From an uncultured Clostridium sp. (GTDB lineage: Bacteria > Bacillota > Clostridia > TANB77 > CAG-508), in contig CAOJKK010000001.1 of NCBI GenBank assembly GCA_948437895.1, positions 27,163-91,162 on the forward strand: a DNA stretch of 64,000 bases. The letters run 5' to 3'. A program made the position numbers and the translations under genes. The notes below the pieces were generated by a model. It had not been told where the DNA came from. It saw nothing but the letters and a program-made list of their open reading frames with translations, and did not search any database. Of the stretch, positions 1 through 10,267 are shown in pieces (position 1 is the first letter of the stretch; every line of letters begins with the position of its first letter).

Positions 1-512
1 TTACTGGTCTATATTCTTGTGTTATAATTACTCCATATACACCAAATGTCTTTACATTTTCTATATTACCAAAGCTCATTAACTCTATGGGTACAAAGAA
101 GCAGTCCTCTTCTATTTTATACACATAATTTCTTATATTGTTTATATTAATAGACTTTTTATCAATGTATTCTTTGCTTAAAACTCCATACATATTTTTA
201 TTAATATCTTCTTCTCTCATTAAATTAACATAGTTTCCTGAAGCATCATATCCATAGAATGACGAATTGTTTATATTTATTTCACTTAAATATGAATTAA
301 TGCAAGTTCTAATTTCAATGTACTCCTCAGCATTAACTAACTTCTCAGCCTTTTTATTGCTGGTTTCTTTTTCCATTATTTCTATTGCTTCTTTAGTATC
401 TGTTATTCCAGGTCCGCTCTTTCTTTTTAACATTATGAAAATTCCAGCAATTAATATTACTACTGTTACTATTAAAATGATTAATATATTTTTAATCTTT
501 TTCATAAAAACT
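1..512 (-). CDS. hypothetical membrane-anchored protein, partial (C-terminus beyond window start); last gene of T4SS-like cluster
   Basis: Reverse translation from ATG at 510-512 gives MKKIKNILIILIVTVVILIAGIFIMLKRK... (N-terminal TM helix) preceded by AAGGGAG RBS; frame stays open to position 1. Not in ORF track because it runs off the edge. Confidence 0.5.
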
Positions 513-517
513 CCCTT

Positions 518-2128
518 TTACTTTTCTGATATTATTGTAAAATATTGTATTGTTCCCTTGCATCTCTCAAACTCATCTAAATCTTTCCAACCAGTTGCTC
601 CATGACCAGAATCTGATATAAATATTTGTTCTTTACCATTTTCCTCTTTGTAACCTATTATTCCTATCCAATGGACATTTGCAGTATATTGTTGACCACT
701 TTTTCCATACGTTGCTCCTTTGAATCTTATTGCTATATAATTTCCTTTTAGTAAGTTTTCCCTTATATTCTTTGTAGAATATGCATTCTTTCCTGATACC
801 TTTGCAGTTAATCCATATTGATTAAAATATTCATTGGTATTACTATCAACACTTAAAATGTCTGACCAATTTAATGTTCTTCTTAATGCATCATTTGCAT
901 TTCCTCCATTATATCCTGTAGCAATACATGCAGCAACACATTTATTACAATATCCACTCCATTCGCTTCCCATTGAGCTAGCTAATCCTGTTCTAGTCTG
1001 ATTAAATATTGTAAAAGTTCTTCCTGTAATTGTAGAAGTATATGTTCCAATTATATCTCCCTTACCTGTATTAAATTGACCTCCAGCTCTTTCTTTTCCA
1101 TGGAATTGATTATAGTAATCTTTTGCAGCTTTAACTCTTCTATCTGTATGTGCAACAGTCATATCTGGTCTTTCAAACACTGCCATAAATGCCTTTGTAG
1201 CTTCTTCTATATCTTTTGCATCTTTCCATGATGAATATGTATATCCATAATGAGTTCCTGCCATTTGGAATTTAGCATACCCATTTGCTCCTCCACCTTT
1301 TGTTATCTCTCCTATTAAAAACTCAATCTGGGTATCTTCATCTTTCCAATCTTTTCCCTTACTTTTTGCATATTCTATTAATTGTTTTTTTCTTCCAAAT
1401 GACCACTGACAAAGTCCATAACCTTCTCCATTGCTCTCTATAGCATCTGCTCTAAATCCAGATTCACCATATATGTTTCCCATAATAGCTGCAACAGCTT
1501 CTTCACTATATCCTTCTGCTCTTAATGTAAACCATACTTTCTCTTCAAGACTATCTCCATAGATAAAGCTACCAAAATTACTCATATTTGTCTCAAATAA
1601 TCCCTCTATACTTAATTCTGTCACTCCTCTGTTTTTTCCATCATACATATAAAGTAGATATTTTACTGTATCAACAAATTCTAAAGTACTGTCTCTCTCT
1701 TCCATCATCTCATATAGCCAATTATCTATACTATTAATTTGATCTCTTACATTTCTATTATTATTATATGCAACCAAAAACTTCTCATATTTTACAGTTT
1801 CATCTCCATATCCCTTTCCTGGGGTTCCACTTTCTGTTGCATATATATGAGTTTTTGTAATTGGATTTGGATCTGATTTATATTTAATTGTATTTTCAGT
1901 TATATTATTTTCTAAGTCTATTCTTTCAAATCTCTTTATATCTAATTTAGTCACATTACATTCTGAAATTTGATCTTTAGTGTATGCAGTCTCATATTTG
2001 CCATTGTTTAAATTATATGTAAATCTAATACTTGGTATTTCATTTTCAATTGTCGTTACATTTATTTGAGACGGTAATTTACTATGCTCACATTCATATG
2101 TAGTATTTCCGTAATGATGTAGATGCAA
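518..2128 (-). CDS. CwlT-like bifunctional cell-wall hydrolase: muramidase (phage-tail-lysozyme type) plus C-terminal NlpC/P60-CHAP-like cysteine peptidase
   Basis: Middle domain motif GNIYGESGF...GEGYGLCQW matches the CwlT/phage tail lysozyme muramidase signature; C-terminal region has Cys (GYCNKC) and His (HWIGIIGY) of a CHAP/NlpC-P60 fold; position next to VirB6-like gene as in ICEBs1 cwlT, Tn916 orf14, pCW3 tcpG. The 5' end overlaps the upstream ORF by 35 nt; true start uncertain. Confidence 0.75.
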   Translation of the reverse strand: MHLHHYGNTTYECEHSKLPSQINVTTIENEIPSIRFTYNLNNGKYETAYTKDQISECNVTKLDIKRFERIDLENNITENTIKYKSDPNPITKTHIYATESGTPGKGYGDETVKYEKFLVAYNNNRNVRDQINSIDNWLYEMMEERDSTLEFVDTVKYLLYMYDGKNRGVTELSIEGLFETNMSNFGSFIYGDSLEEKVWFTLRAEGYSEEAVAAIMGNIYGESGFRADAIESNGEGYGLCQWSFGRKKQLIEYAKSKGKDWKDEDTQIEFLIGEITKGGGANGYAKFQMAGTHYGYTYSSWKDAKDIEEATKAFMAVFERPDMTVAHTDRRVKAAKDYYNQFHGKERAGGQFNTGKGDIIGTYTSTITGRTFTIFNQTRTGLASSMGSEWSGYCNKCVAACIATGYNGGNANDALRRTLNWSDILSVDSNTNEYFNQYGLTAKVSGKNAYSTKNIRENLLKGNYIAIRFKGATYGKSGQQYTANVHWIGIIGYKEENGKEQIFISDSGHGATGWKDLDEFERCKGTIQYFTIISEK

Positions 2129-3794
2129 TTTTATCTTTAGGTGTAATAGTTATTTCATCATTTCCTGGTATTTCTTCCCATTTTTCTTCGCCTGTAATTG
2201 GATCTACAACATATAGATTTTTTGTTCCAAATTTCAATTTTACTTCTGGTATTGTTATTAAATCTTTATAGTATTTTTCTAGATCATTTTTAAATTTTTT
2301 TACGTTCTTATCTTTTACAGTCTCATTACTATCTGTTATAGTTTCGCTACCAGGTACTTCTGAATAATCATCAGGCATATCTCTTACTGTATCTTTATAT
2401 TCTGGCTCTTGTTCACCACTTAATATTGCATAATCTTTTGTATAATGTGCTAACCATGTATCTGCTTCTGTAACTTCAAAAGAATATGAGTGACTTGTAT
2501 ACTTTCTATCTATTGTAACTTTTTTGTCATTAACTTCATAATTTGTACATGGTTGTCCTTTATCATCTTGTTTATCTCCCAATAAATAATTTTCATTAGA
2601 TTCTATTTCTACTACTGATGCAATTTTATAATCTATTCTTTTTTCATCTTTGCTATATACTGTATAAGTTCTTTCTTCAATAGTATGCGTATATGTCTCT
2701 TCTTCTTGGATATTTATTACAATTTTGCCTCCCATAACATAATCTACTAGTTCCATACAAAAATCCGGTTCTTGAGTTACTACTAATAATTGTACTAGAA
2801 ATTCAAAAGGCATTGTATATTTTCTTATATATTCACCATATGCAATTTCTTCTGTTGTAATAATATATACTTCACCTGTTGTCTTTTCTTTCTCTGACTC
2901 TGGAAGATTCTCTGGGTATTCTCCTTTTACTTCTATTTCTTCCATATCCCATTTCGCAATAACAAGATTTCCTTTATCATTTAATGTAAAATAATTTCTA
3001 ACTTTTTCATCATTAGCAACTACTAATTTGTTAAAATCTGCTGATTGCATATATTCAAGAGTAGTAGAAGTATTACCATTGGTATTAGTTCTCTGAACTA
3101 ATATTACGCCTGATACCTCATTATTATTTTTTTGTGAAAAGTCACTTAATTGCATAGGTGTATATATTCCATTTTTAAATTTTTCTCCATTTCTCCTCAA
3201 ATCTAGGAACTGCGTTGCTGCTTCCGCTCTAATAAATGCTGGAAAACAATGTAGTTGTTCTGCAGTATAATAATCTAAGTTTGCTCCATTATCCATTAGT
3301 GAACCAAGAACTGCAAGTTCAAAATCGCTAAATTCAGATGCTGATCTTGATGTTTCTGCTTCTAATCTCTTTTTTATATTTTCTAAATTTTTAGGATCAT
3401 TATTATATGCAATCTCATATCCATCTTTTTTACTATTAGGTTGAACTACAATTTTATTAATAGTGTTTCCATTATCATCTGTAGTTGTGGTGGAAGTATT
3501 TCCTGTATAAGAAATTTCCATCGCTTGTTGTTTAGAATCATTGACACCATTTTCTTGCCATTTATCTACAACATACACTGCTCCACCAATAAAAATGGTT
3601 AATACAATTACTACTGCCAGAATAGCCAAAAGTGTTACTACTACATGGGGATTTGCTGCCAAGAATTGTATTATCTTCTGTTTTGCCTTCTTTTTCCCCT
3701 CTTCTTTTAGTTTCTCTTTTCCTTTATTCATCTGTTGCTTTGTAAAACTTTGGCTTTGATTTCTCTCTTCTTGTTGTTCGTCCATACTTCTCAC
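2094..3794 (-). CDS. membrane-anchored (single N-proximal TM) protein with large extracytoplasmic domain, T4SS-cluster associated, function unknown
   Basis: 566 aa ORF; charged N-terminus then TM segment VVVTLLAILAVVIVLTIFIGGAVYVV; no recognisable catalytic motif. Confidence 0.5.
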   Translation of the reverse strand: MRSMDEQQEERNQSQSFTKQQMNKGKEKLKEEGKKKAKQKIIQFLAANPHVVVTLLAILAVVIVLTIFIGGAVYVVDKWQENGVNDSKQQAMEISYTGNTSTTTTDDNGNTINKIVVQPNSKKDGYEIAYNNDPKNLENIKKRLEAETSRSASEFSDFELAVLGSLMDNGANLDYYTAEQLHCFPAFIRAEAATQFLDLRRNGEKFKNGIYTPMQLSDFSQKNNNEVSGVILVQRTNTNGNTSTTLEYMQSADFNKLVVANDEKVRNYFTLNDKGNLVIAKWDMEEIEVKGEYPENLPESEKEKTTGEVYIITTEEIAYGEYIRKYTMPFEFLVQLLVVTQEPDFCMELVDYVMGGKIVINIQEEETYTHTIEERTYTVYSKDEKRIDYKIASVVEIESNENYLLGDKQDDKGQPCTNYEVNDKKVTIDRKYTSHSYSFEVTEADTWLAHYTKDYAILSGEQEPEYKDTVRDMPDDYSEVPGSETITDSNETVKDKNVKKFKNDLEKYYKDLITIPEVKLKFGTKNLYVVDPITGEEKWEEIPGNDEITITPKDKIASTSLRKYYI

Positions 3795-3819
3795 CTCCCT
3801 AACTCCAATGTAATTTTTA

Positions 3820-4728
3820 TTATATCTCTACTTCTAAAGTTTCTTTTTGGCCGTTTATATTTATATCTTGAAATACTATTTTTAATATATCTATTTTGGG
3901 TTTATATCCTCTATTAAATTTTATTTTTAATGTCCTACTACTACCTACTGGTATCTCCAACTCATTGTTAGCTATTTCATTTAAAAAAGCTATACTTTTT
4001 AATTCATTTTCATCTTGTAAATATATTGACTTTGCATCTTCTTTTGTATTAAATATTAATTTACTTCCTGATTTATTTTCTACTCTAACTTCATATATTT
4101 CATAATCAATATACATTTTCTTAGAAACTATTGAAACGTTAATACCTAATTCATTTTTCGTTACATTAATTTCTTCTTTTCCTATGAATCTATTTATATT
4201 CAACTTATATTTTCCATCTTCTTTTATAATTGTGTAATATTCTTCTATTGGCATAATATCCTTTTTGCCTGTCGCCAATAAATCTGGCATTATCTCAACT
4301 CTGTATGTATTTCTTGTATTTGTATTTATCCATAGCATACTATCGTAGCTTCTTTTTTCTGTAAAAATCAAATTATAATACTTCTCCTTAAATACATTAA
4401 CTGTTGTATATAATTCATTTTTACACTCCTCAGAAAGCATGTTATATGCTTCTTCAATATTCCCATTATTGCAATAATCAAAGAAATTCTTTATTAAATT
4501 TACAGATTTCTCTGACGTAGTTTCATTTATATCTTCCTTTGTAATAATTGAATATTTATTTGTATTATAAGTAGTAGTGCTACTATTAGCACTACTACTT
4601 TCATCTTTAGCTTTATTCTTATAGTATTTATCTAAAATTTGTATCAATGAAATTACAGCTATAATAATTAGTATAGCAAATATTATTATTCTTTTATTTT
4701 GGTTATACCATCTTACTATCTTGTTCAT
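3820..4728 (-). CDS. hypothetical N-terminally TM-anchored protein (T4SS cluster)
   Basis: 302 aa ORF; N-terminal TM IIIFAILIIIAVISLIQIL followed by S/T-rich linker. Confidence 0.5.
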   Translation of the reverse strand: MNKIVRWYNQNKRIIIFAILIIIAVISLIQILDKYYKNKAKDESSSANSSTTTYNTNKYSIITKEDINETTSEKSVNLIKNFFDYCNNGNIEEAYNMLSEECKNELYTTVNVFKEKYYNLIFTEKRSYDSMLWINTNTRNTYRVEIMPDLLATGKKDIMPIEEYYTIIKEDGKYKLNINRFIGKEEINVTKNELGINVSIVSKKMYIDYEIYEVRVENKSGSKLIFNTKEDAKSIYLQDENELKSIAFLNEIANNELEIPVGSSRTLKIKFNRGYKPKIDILKIVFQDININGQKETLEVEI

Positions 4729-4749
4729 AAATACTATTTTCCTTTCCTA

Positions 4750-7104
4750 TTACAATAGGCTTTCTATGCTCTTCCAGATTTTATCTCCACTTGCTCCTGG
4801 TATTGCTGATTTATATCTCTTCTCAAAGTCTTCTCTTGTCTTTGGATTATTCCATCCACTTCTTCCTATCATGCCAGCTAATTTTATCGCATAGGCTCCT
4901 TCTTGTGGTGATAATCCTTCTTTCATCGCTGATTTTATTTTACTTGTATCTGTTATTCCATTATCTCTATATGTTTGCACTGCATTTCTTATTGCTGTCG
5001 TTCTTTCTCTTCCTTTTTTCCCACTTTCTAATTCACGATCATTTAGCATTCCTCTAAATTCATCACTTTCATAAAATGCCTTATCCATTTTTAAATTGTT
5101 ATATTCGTCTTGTCCTATCGCTCCTTCTTTAAATGTCTCTCTTAAGTTCTTCTCTCCTGATAACAACTTATCTCCTGCATAGTTTGCTCCCATATATCCT
5201 GCTCCCGCTCCTGCTGCTCCATATTGCATTGCTTTTCCTAAATCTCCTGTTGCTATTCCTGCTGCTAATCCTGCACTTCCTAATGTTGCTGCTCCTAATG
5301 CCCCTAGTGCTCCTCTTCTTGCCATCCTTCCTACTGATTTTGCTGTGTTCTTATTTATATATTTTCTTCTTACTGCACTTACTCCATTTCTTATGCTTCT
5401 TCCTCCTCCACTCAAGGCATTTCCCATTGTTGCTCCATGAGTGTTCGCTGTTCTTGCTGATCCAAATCCTCCTCCTGAACTTCCCCCTGAAGCTCCTGAT
5501 GAACTTCCTCCTGCTGTTGTTGAATTTGATCCTCCTGTTCCTATTGTATTTGCATTTGAACTTGCCATTCTTGTAGCTTTAGTTCCTTCTCCTCCTGTTG
5601 CTTTTCCTGCTGCTTGTTTTCCACTTCTATGTCCCATTTTGTTTATTGCATTCATTATTAATGCTCCTCCTGCTGCTGCTCCTATCTGGCCTGCTGAACT
5701 TGCTTTCTCAAATCCAAACATCTTTCTAAAGAACTTCTCTGCTGGAAGTAAGAATCCTATTGCTACTACTGCATATAGTGGATTTTGACTTACTAAACTA
5801 GTTGCTGATGCTACAAACATATAATATAGTAATAAATGCATTGGTTGTAATAGAGCATTAAATGTATATTCTCTTACCCACATTGAAAATGCTTGAGCCT
5901 GCCCATCCTTAATTTTATCTAGTGGATATGTTAATGCTATTAATGGTGCTATCATTGTAAAGAATGCCATATATAACAACCTCTTTAAATATTGTATAGT
6001 AAACATTACTGTATATATAACTAAGACCATATACATAAGCATTTCTGGAAATATCTCACTAAAATCAGTACTATCTCCAACATTATTTCTTAAGTTAGAC
6101 ATTAACACATCTTCTCCATTTGGCCCAATTATGTTTATTGATAAAACATCTGTAATCTTTTGAGTTATTTCTGTTATAAATAGCATTATGTATTGTAAAA
6201 CAAATAAAATACATATTGCTGCTACCCAATCTGCTATCATTTTTTTGTATTTCGCTTTTTCTTGTCCTGTACTACTTACTAATATTCTTATTCCTATATA
6301 TACAAGCACTGATAATAGCCCTACTAATGCTATTGCTCTTAATGCTTTATACCATGTTGCCACTGTATCTTGTAATAGGTAAGCTGAAGAAGCTTTCGTA
6401 ACTGTTTTGTTAAACGTTGTATTTAATCTATATAAGTTCCATTTATTACCTGTACTTGATGTTATAGCATCTATTAACTTTATACCAGAAACGAACCCTC
6501 CTATAAGATTTACATTTGCATAATGCACTTGCAAAAAGTCTTTTACTTCAAGTTTTGCATTTGTATTTATTGCTGTGTACTTTTGTCCATTATATTCCCA
6601 AGTATATATTATATGAGCTTTAGCTGTAGTTAGTTCATACCAGTTATTATCTGTTATCTTTGTATAGCAATATACTTCATCTTTATTAAAATTAGGATCA
6701 CTAAATCCAGGCAAAGAGTCTTTACTATACTCACCCAACTCATCCCATGAAAAGTTCTCATCTGCTATTGTCTCTTTATCACTTTCTTTTGCATTGATAA
6801 AATTAACTTTTAATCCTGCAACCTTCCCTGAAAATATTATTCCAGGTGAATATCTTATGAAAAATGAGTCACTTTCTATTTCTGATATTCCACCATATTT
6901 TATATCTCCTACTCCAGTAAAATATTTTTGTAGCCCCTTTATTACCAAATCAGAAACTGCACATAATAATTGTGATATTGGCTTAAATAATGCTCCTCCA
7001 ACATCTGCTTGTGAAGCTACTGGTGTTATAAAGTTAAATGACATTACTAACAGTATTGCTATTATTATCTTTTTAGTTGTTTCTTTACTTGTAAAAAATT
7101 TCAT
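4750..7104 (-). CDS. VirB6/TcpH/ConG-like polytopic T4SS membrane protein
   Basis: 784 aa; signal peptide, ~5-6 TM helices in the central region, Gly/Ser-rich low-complexity stretch, C-terminal soluble domain; sits between VirB4-like ATPase and hydrolase as in Tn916 orf15/ICEBs1 conG. Confidence 0.6.
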   Translation of the reverse strand: MKFFTSKETTKKIIIAILLVMSFNFITPVASQADVGGALFKPISQLLCAVSDLVIKGLQKYFTGVGDIKYGGISEIESDSFFIRYSPGIIFSGKVAGLKVNFINAKESDKETIADENFSWDELGEYSKDSLPGFSDPNFNKDEVYCYTKITDNNWYELTTAKAHIIYTWEYNGQKYTAINTNAKLEVKDFLQVHYANVNLIGGFVSGIKLIDAITSSTGNKWNLYRLNTTFNKTVTKASSAYLLQDTVATWYKALRAIALVGLLSVLVYIGIRILVSSTGQEKAKYKKMIADWVAAICILFVLQYIMLFITEITQKITDVLSINIIGPNGEDVLMSNLRNNVGDSTDFSEIFPEMLMYMVLVIYTVMFTIQYLKRLLYMAFFTMIAPLIALTYPLDKIKDGQAQAFSMWVREYTFNALLQPMHLLLYYMFVASATSLVSQNPLYAVVAIGFLLPAEKFFRKMFGFEKASSAGQIGAAAGGALIMNAINKMGHRSGKQAAGKATGGEGTKATRMASSNANTIGTGGSNSTTAGGSSSGASGGSSGGGFGSARTANTHGATMGNALSGGGRSIRNGVSAVRRKYINKNTAKSVGRMARRGALGALGAATLGSAGLAAGIATGDLGKAMQYGAAGAGAGYMGANYAGDKLLSGEKNLRETFKEGAIGQDEYNNLKMDKAFYESDEFRGMLNDRELESGKKGRERTTAIRNAVQTYRDNGITDTSKIKSAMKEGLSPQEGAYAIKLAGMIGRSGWNNPKTREDFEKRYKSAIPGASGDKIWKSIESLL

Positions 7105-7131
7105 AACTTTTTACCATATCCTTTCATTTAG

Positions 7132-9105
7132 CTATCCTTCGTTTCTTTTGACTAACTTATTTAAGTTTGTTTCAACAAATTCAAATTCCTTTTTCGTTGG
7201 TGTTATCTGAAGTATTGCTGTATCAGATCCTACTTTTAGTAATCCTTCACCAATTAAACAAGTTACTAGGAAGCTTGCTTCACCTTCGCTTAGTTTAAAT
7301 ACTTCTTTTAAATAATTTATTTCTGATTTATCTTGTGCCAAGAATAGTTTTGTATCTGATGATGTTAAAACAGCTTGTGCCTCTGGATTCTCATAAAAGT
7401 CTTGGAATCTTTGTGAAATAATTGCAAGTGATACGTTTCTCTTTCTAGCACGTCTTGCCATTTTATTTAAGAATTCTACTGCCTCTGGGTAAGGTAACAA
7501 CATCCATGCCTCATCAACTAGAACCCTTTTCTTTGTTGCTTTCTCTCTATCTTCACTATTTTTCTTAACATATTTTTCCCAAATCCAAGAAAGCAAAACT
7601 TGTTGTGCAAGTGGTCTTGCAAATCTTTCTTCTAGTTGAGAAATATCTAAGTTTATAAATGGTGCTCCATCTAACAACTCAAATGTTGATTGTCCATCAA
7701 AATATGCCATTTGTCCATTACATTCTCTTACATATTGTTTCATAACTTTTATTAAATAGCTGTAATGGAATTGATAGTTTTGATCTGTATTCTCTTTTGC
7801 TTTTTTTGCAAGTGTTCTATACCATGATCCTATTGTTGGCATTTCTTTCTTTGCTTTATATAGCGCATCTTTTCTATAGTTACTATCAGATGCTTCATAT
7901 AAACTATCTGGATCGCTAGTAATTCCAATTCTACTATACTCTTCTGCAACTGTTTCTGCAATAATCTGTTTTGTAAGCTCATTTACCTCTTGACTTCTTG
8001 TACTACCTCTAGCCATTGTAAGTAAAGCTTGCGTTACGTCCTCTACTTTATTCTCTACATTTAGAACAGATCTTTCTCTTCCTGTTATCTCATCTTTTAC
8101 TCTTTCTGGCTCTATATCAAATATATTTATTATTGTTTTTGATGTTGGTCCTAAAACAACATTTATTCCACCCAATGCTTCTGCTACGACAGAATACTCA
8201 CCTTCAGCATCCAGCGCCAAACTCTCAATTCCCATAAGAACTGATGATCTCGAAATAAGTGTTTTCATTGTAACAGATTTACCAGCACCAGATTTAGCAA
8301 ATATAACCATATTATAGTTTGTAAGTGATGGATGGAAATTATCAAACAATATTGGCACTCCAGTTTGCTTGTTAAATCCAAGAGGTATTCCTGTTAAATG
8401 TCCAACTTCTGATGTTGTAAATGGAAACACTGTTGCCATTGAGTTACGATCAAATGTATGACTCTTATTTATAGTATTTTTCATCAAAGGTAAATTTGAT
8501 TTGAAAGCTTCTTCTTGAATAGCCCATGCTGATTTTATTCCTACTAAGTTCTTTGACATTTCTGTTGCAAGCAGTTTTGAGTATGCATCTAATGTTTGCA
8601 TATTATATGCAAATAATGTTGCTACAATTGTTGCTTCATATAGCTTATTAAATCCTGCTGCAATCTGGTCTCTTAATTCTTCTGCTTCTAATCTTTTTTG
8701 TGTTATTATACTTTCTCTATTGATATTTCCTCTATCTGCTGCAACAATTCTTTCTGTTTCTAATTGATTAATTGTTTTATTCAATTCAGTTTGTGATCTT
8801 GCTTCTGCTATTGGGTTAATATACACTGATGTATTTATATCTCCAAATAAGTACATATCTCTAAACAGCTCTGGAAATGTACACATACGAGGAAGACTTG
8901 ATACAAAAAAGCTTCTTGCATATCTTGTTGTGTCTGATATTATTTCTAAGTGATCTATGTTAGATGCATCTATTCCAGATGGAGCTATTAATTCTTTTAT
9001 TGTTTTCTTTTTTAGTATTTCTAGCTCTGGTTCTTTTTCTTGTTCAAATCTAAGCATTCTCTCTTGTTCTTCTAGTTCTTGTTGTCTTCTTTTCTTTTTT
9101 GACAT
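7132..9105 (-). CDS. VirB4-family type IV secretion ATPase (ConE/TcpF/Orf16-like)
   Basis: Walker A FAKSGAGKSV, Walker B RVLVDEAWMLL, N-terminal LAPSGID...TRYARSFFVSSLPR motif typical of Gram-positive VirB4 homologues. Nominal start overlaps the upstream ORF by 56 nt in another frame. Confidence 0.8.
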   Translation of the reverse strand: MSKKKRRQQELEEQERMLRFEQEKEPELEILKKKTIKELIAPSGIDASNIDHLEIISDTTRYARSFFVSSLPRMCTFPELFRDMYLFGDINTSVYINPIAEARSQTELNKTINQLETERIVAADRGNINRESIITQKRLEAEELRDQIAAGFNKLYEATIVATLFAYNMQTLDAYSKLLATEMSKNLVGIKSAWAIQEEAFKSNLPLMKNTINKSHTFDRNSMATVFPFTTSEVGHLTGIPLGFNKQTGVPILFDNFHPSLTNYNMVIFAKSGAGKSVTMKTLISRSSVLMGIESLALDAEGEYSVVAEALGGINVVLGPTSKTIINIFDIEPERVKDEITGRERSVLNVENKVEDVTQALLTMARGSTRSQEVNELTKQIIAETVAEEYSRIGITSDPDSLYEASDSNYRKDALYKAKKEMPTIGSWYRTLAKKAKENTDQNYQFHYSYLIKVMKQYVRECNGQMAYFDGQSTFELLDGAPFINLDISQLEERFARPLAQQVLLSWIWEKYVKKNSEDREKATKKRVLVDEAWMLLPYPEAVEFLNKMARRARKRNVSLAIISQRFQDFYENPEAQAVLTSSDTKLFLAQDKSEINYLKEVFKLSEGEASFLVTCLIGEGLLKVGSDTAILQITPTKKEFEFVETNLNKLVKRNEG

Positions 9106-10267
9106 CAGACTCTACCTCCTCTTCTTTTGTGTTTTCTTTTTTAATTCTTTTTACAGCCTCTTTTGCTACATCTTTTCCAACATAATCTTTATTTTCCTTA
9201 ACTATCAATTCAGCTAGTTCTTGAACTAGTTGATCGAAATTTTGCTCTTTCTTCTCAACTATTTTTTGTCTTTCTGATTTAACTTCATCTACTTTTTGTC
9301 TTGCTAACTCTAGAGCTTTTTCCTCTACCGTTTTATTTATTGCTTCCATTTTCTTGTCAAGTACATCTGGTGCCGTAGAGTAAAGTTCTCCATATCCAGC
9401 CCTAAGAGCCTTATCAATTCCATATGTTTCTGATTCATCTCTGTTATATGCAACATATAGCAATTGTGCTAAATCGTTTGAATCCATTACTCTGCATTTC
9501 ATACTACATGCAAATAGAGTTCTTGTTATTGATTGTGCTCTTGTATATAATTCAGAAAATATCATATTCTTTTTCTCTTCTTCATCTAGAAAATTACTTC
9601 CTAGTTCTGAAGCATAATATGGAATTATTATGTAATAATGTTTTCTAAGTACATTTTTATTTAAGCTCATGTTTTCAATATTTGCAACTATATCTTGTCC
9701 ATAATCTAATAAGTTTTGTTGTCTTGCAATTTCAAGTCTAACTTCTTCTAGATCTCTTCTGTCATATCCACCAGCTTGTAACATCTTATTATATTGATTT
9801 TTTCTTCTCTCTAATTCATCTTTTATATCATTTATTTTTTTATTATAATTTTCTATACTGCTTCCAATATTAATTGTTCTTGTTTGAGTATAAATTTGTA
9901 TTGGATGCCTCAAAGTATTTAAGAATTGAATAAATCCTTGTTCAACAGAAACCTTTTCCATTTCTGACATTAAATCATAATTTATTCCCTCACATTCAAT
10001 ACCCATTAAGTATCTTGTCCCATTGTTTTGAACAATCATATTATCTTCTATTTTATCAAACTCCATAAAGTCAAATACAGAAAGTTTAGTATATCCACCT
10101 TGTGTAGAAGTAGTACTTGCTTGACTACTTTTACTTTCACCATTGCTTTCTTTTGTTGATTTTTCATTTTTACTCTTAACAGACATTTGCCAATATATAA
10201 ATGCTAATACTAGGATTGCGAAAAATAAAATTACTACGGCAATTGTTAATATTTGCATTAAATCCAT
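9050..10267 (-). CDS. membrane-anchored T4SS-associated protein with VirB4-N-terminal-like segment and K/E-rich coiled-coil tail; possibly the frameshifted N-terminal part of the VirB4-like gene
   Basis: N-terminal TM (ILTIAVVILFFAILVLAFIYW), segment NMIVQNNGTRYLMGIECEGINYDLMSEME resembling the pre-ATPase region of VirB4 proteins, long charged C-terminal tail. The tail runs into an A6 run where a 1-nt deletion would fuse it in frame with the downstream ATPase ORF. Confidence 0.5.
   Translation of the reverse strand: MDLMQILTIAVVILFFAILVLAFIYWQMSVKSKNEKSTKESNGESKSSQASTTSTQGGYTKLSVFDFMEFDKIEDNMIVQNNGTRYLMGIECEGINYDLMSEMEKVSVEQGFIQFLNTLRHPIQIYTQTRTINIGSSIENYNKKINDIKDELERRKNQYNKMLQAGGYDRRDLEEVRLEIARQQNLLDYGQDIVANIENMSLNKNVLRKHYYIIIPYYASELGSNFLDEEEKKNMIFSELYTRAQSITRTLFACSMKCRVMDSNDLAQLLYVAYNRDESETYGIDKALRAGYGELYSTAPDVLDKKMEAINKTVEEKALELARQKVDEVKSERQKIVEKKEQNFDQLVQELAELIVKENKDYVGKDVAKEAVKRIKKENTKEEEVESDVKKEKKTTRTRRTRENA

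Noticed and set aside
267-605. Plus-strand 112-aa ORF at window start
   Set aside because: Entirely antisense to two well-supported minus-strand genes (partial TM protein and CwlT-like hydrolase); low-complexity hydrophobic translation typical of AT-rich antisense frames.
5133-5788. Leu-rich and Pro-rich plus-strand ORFs (147 aa, 115 aa)
   Set aside because: They are the antisense reading of the Gly/Ser/Ala-rich low-complexity region of the VirB6-like gene; no RBS; compositional artefacts.
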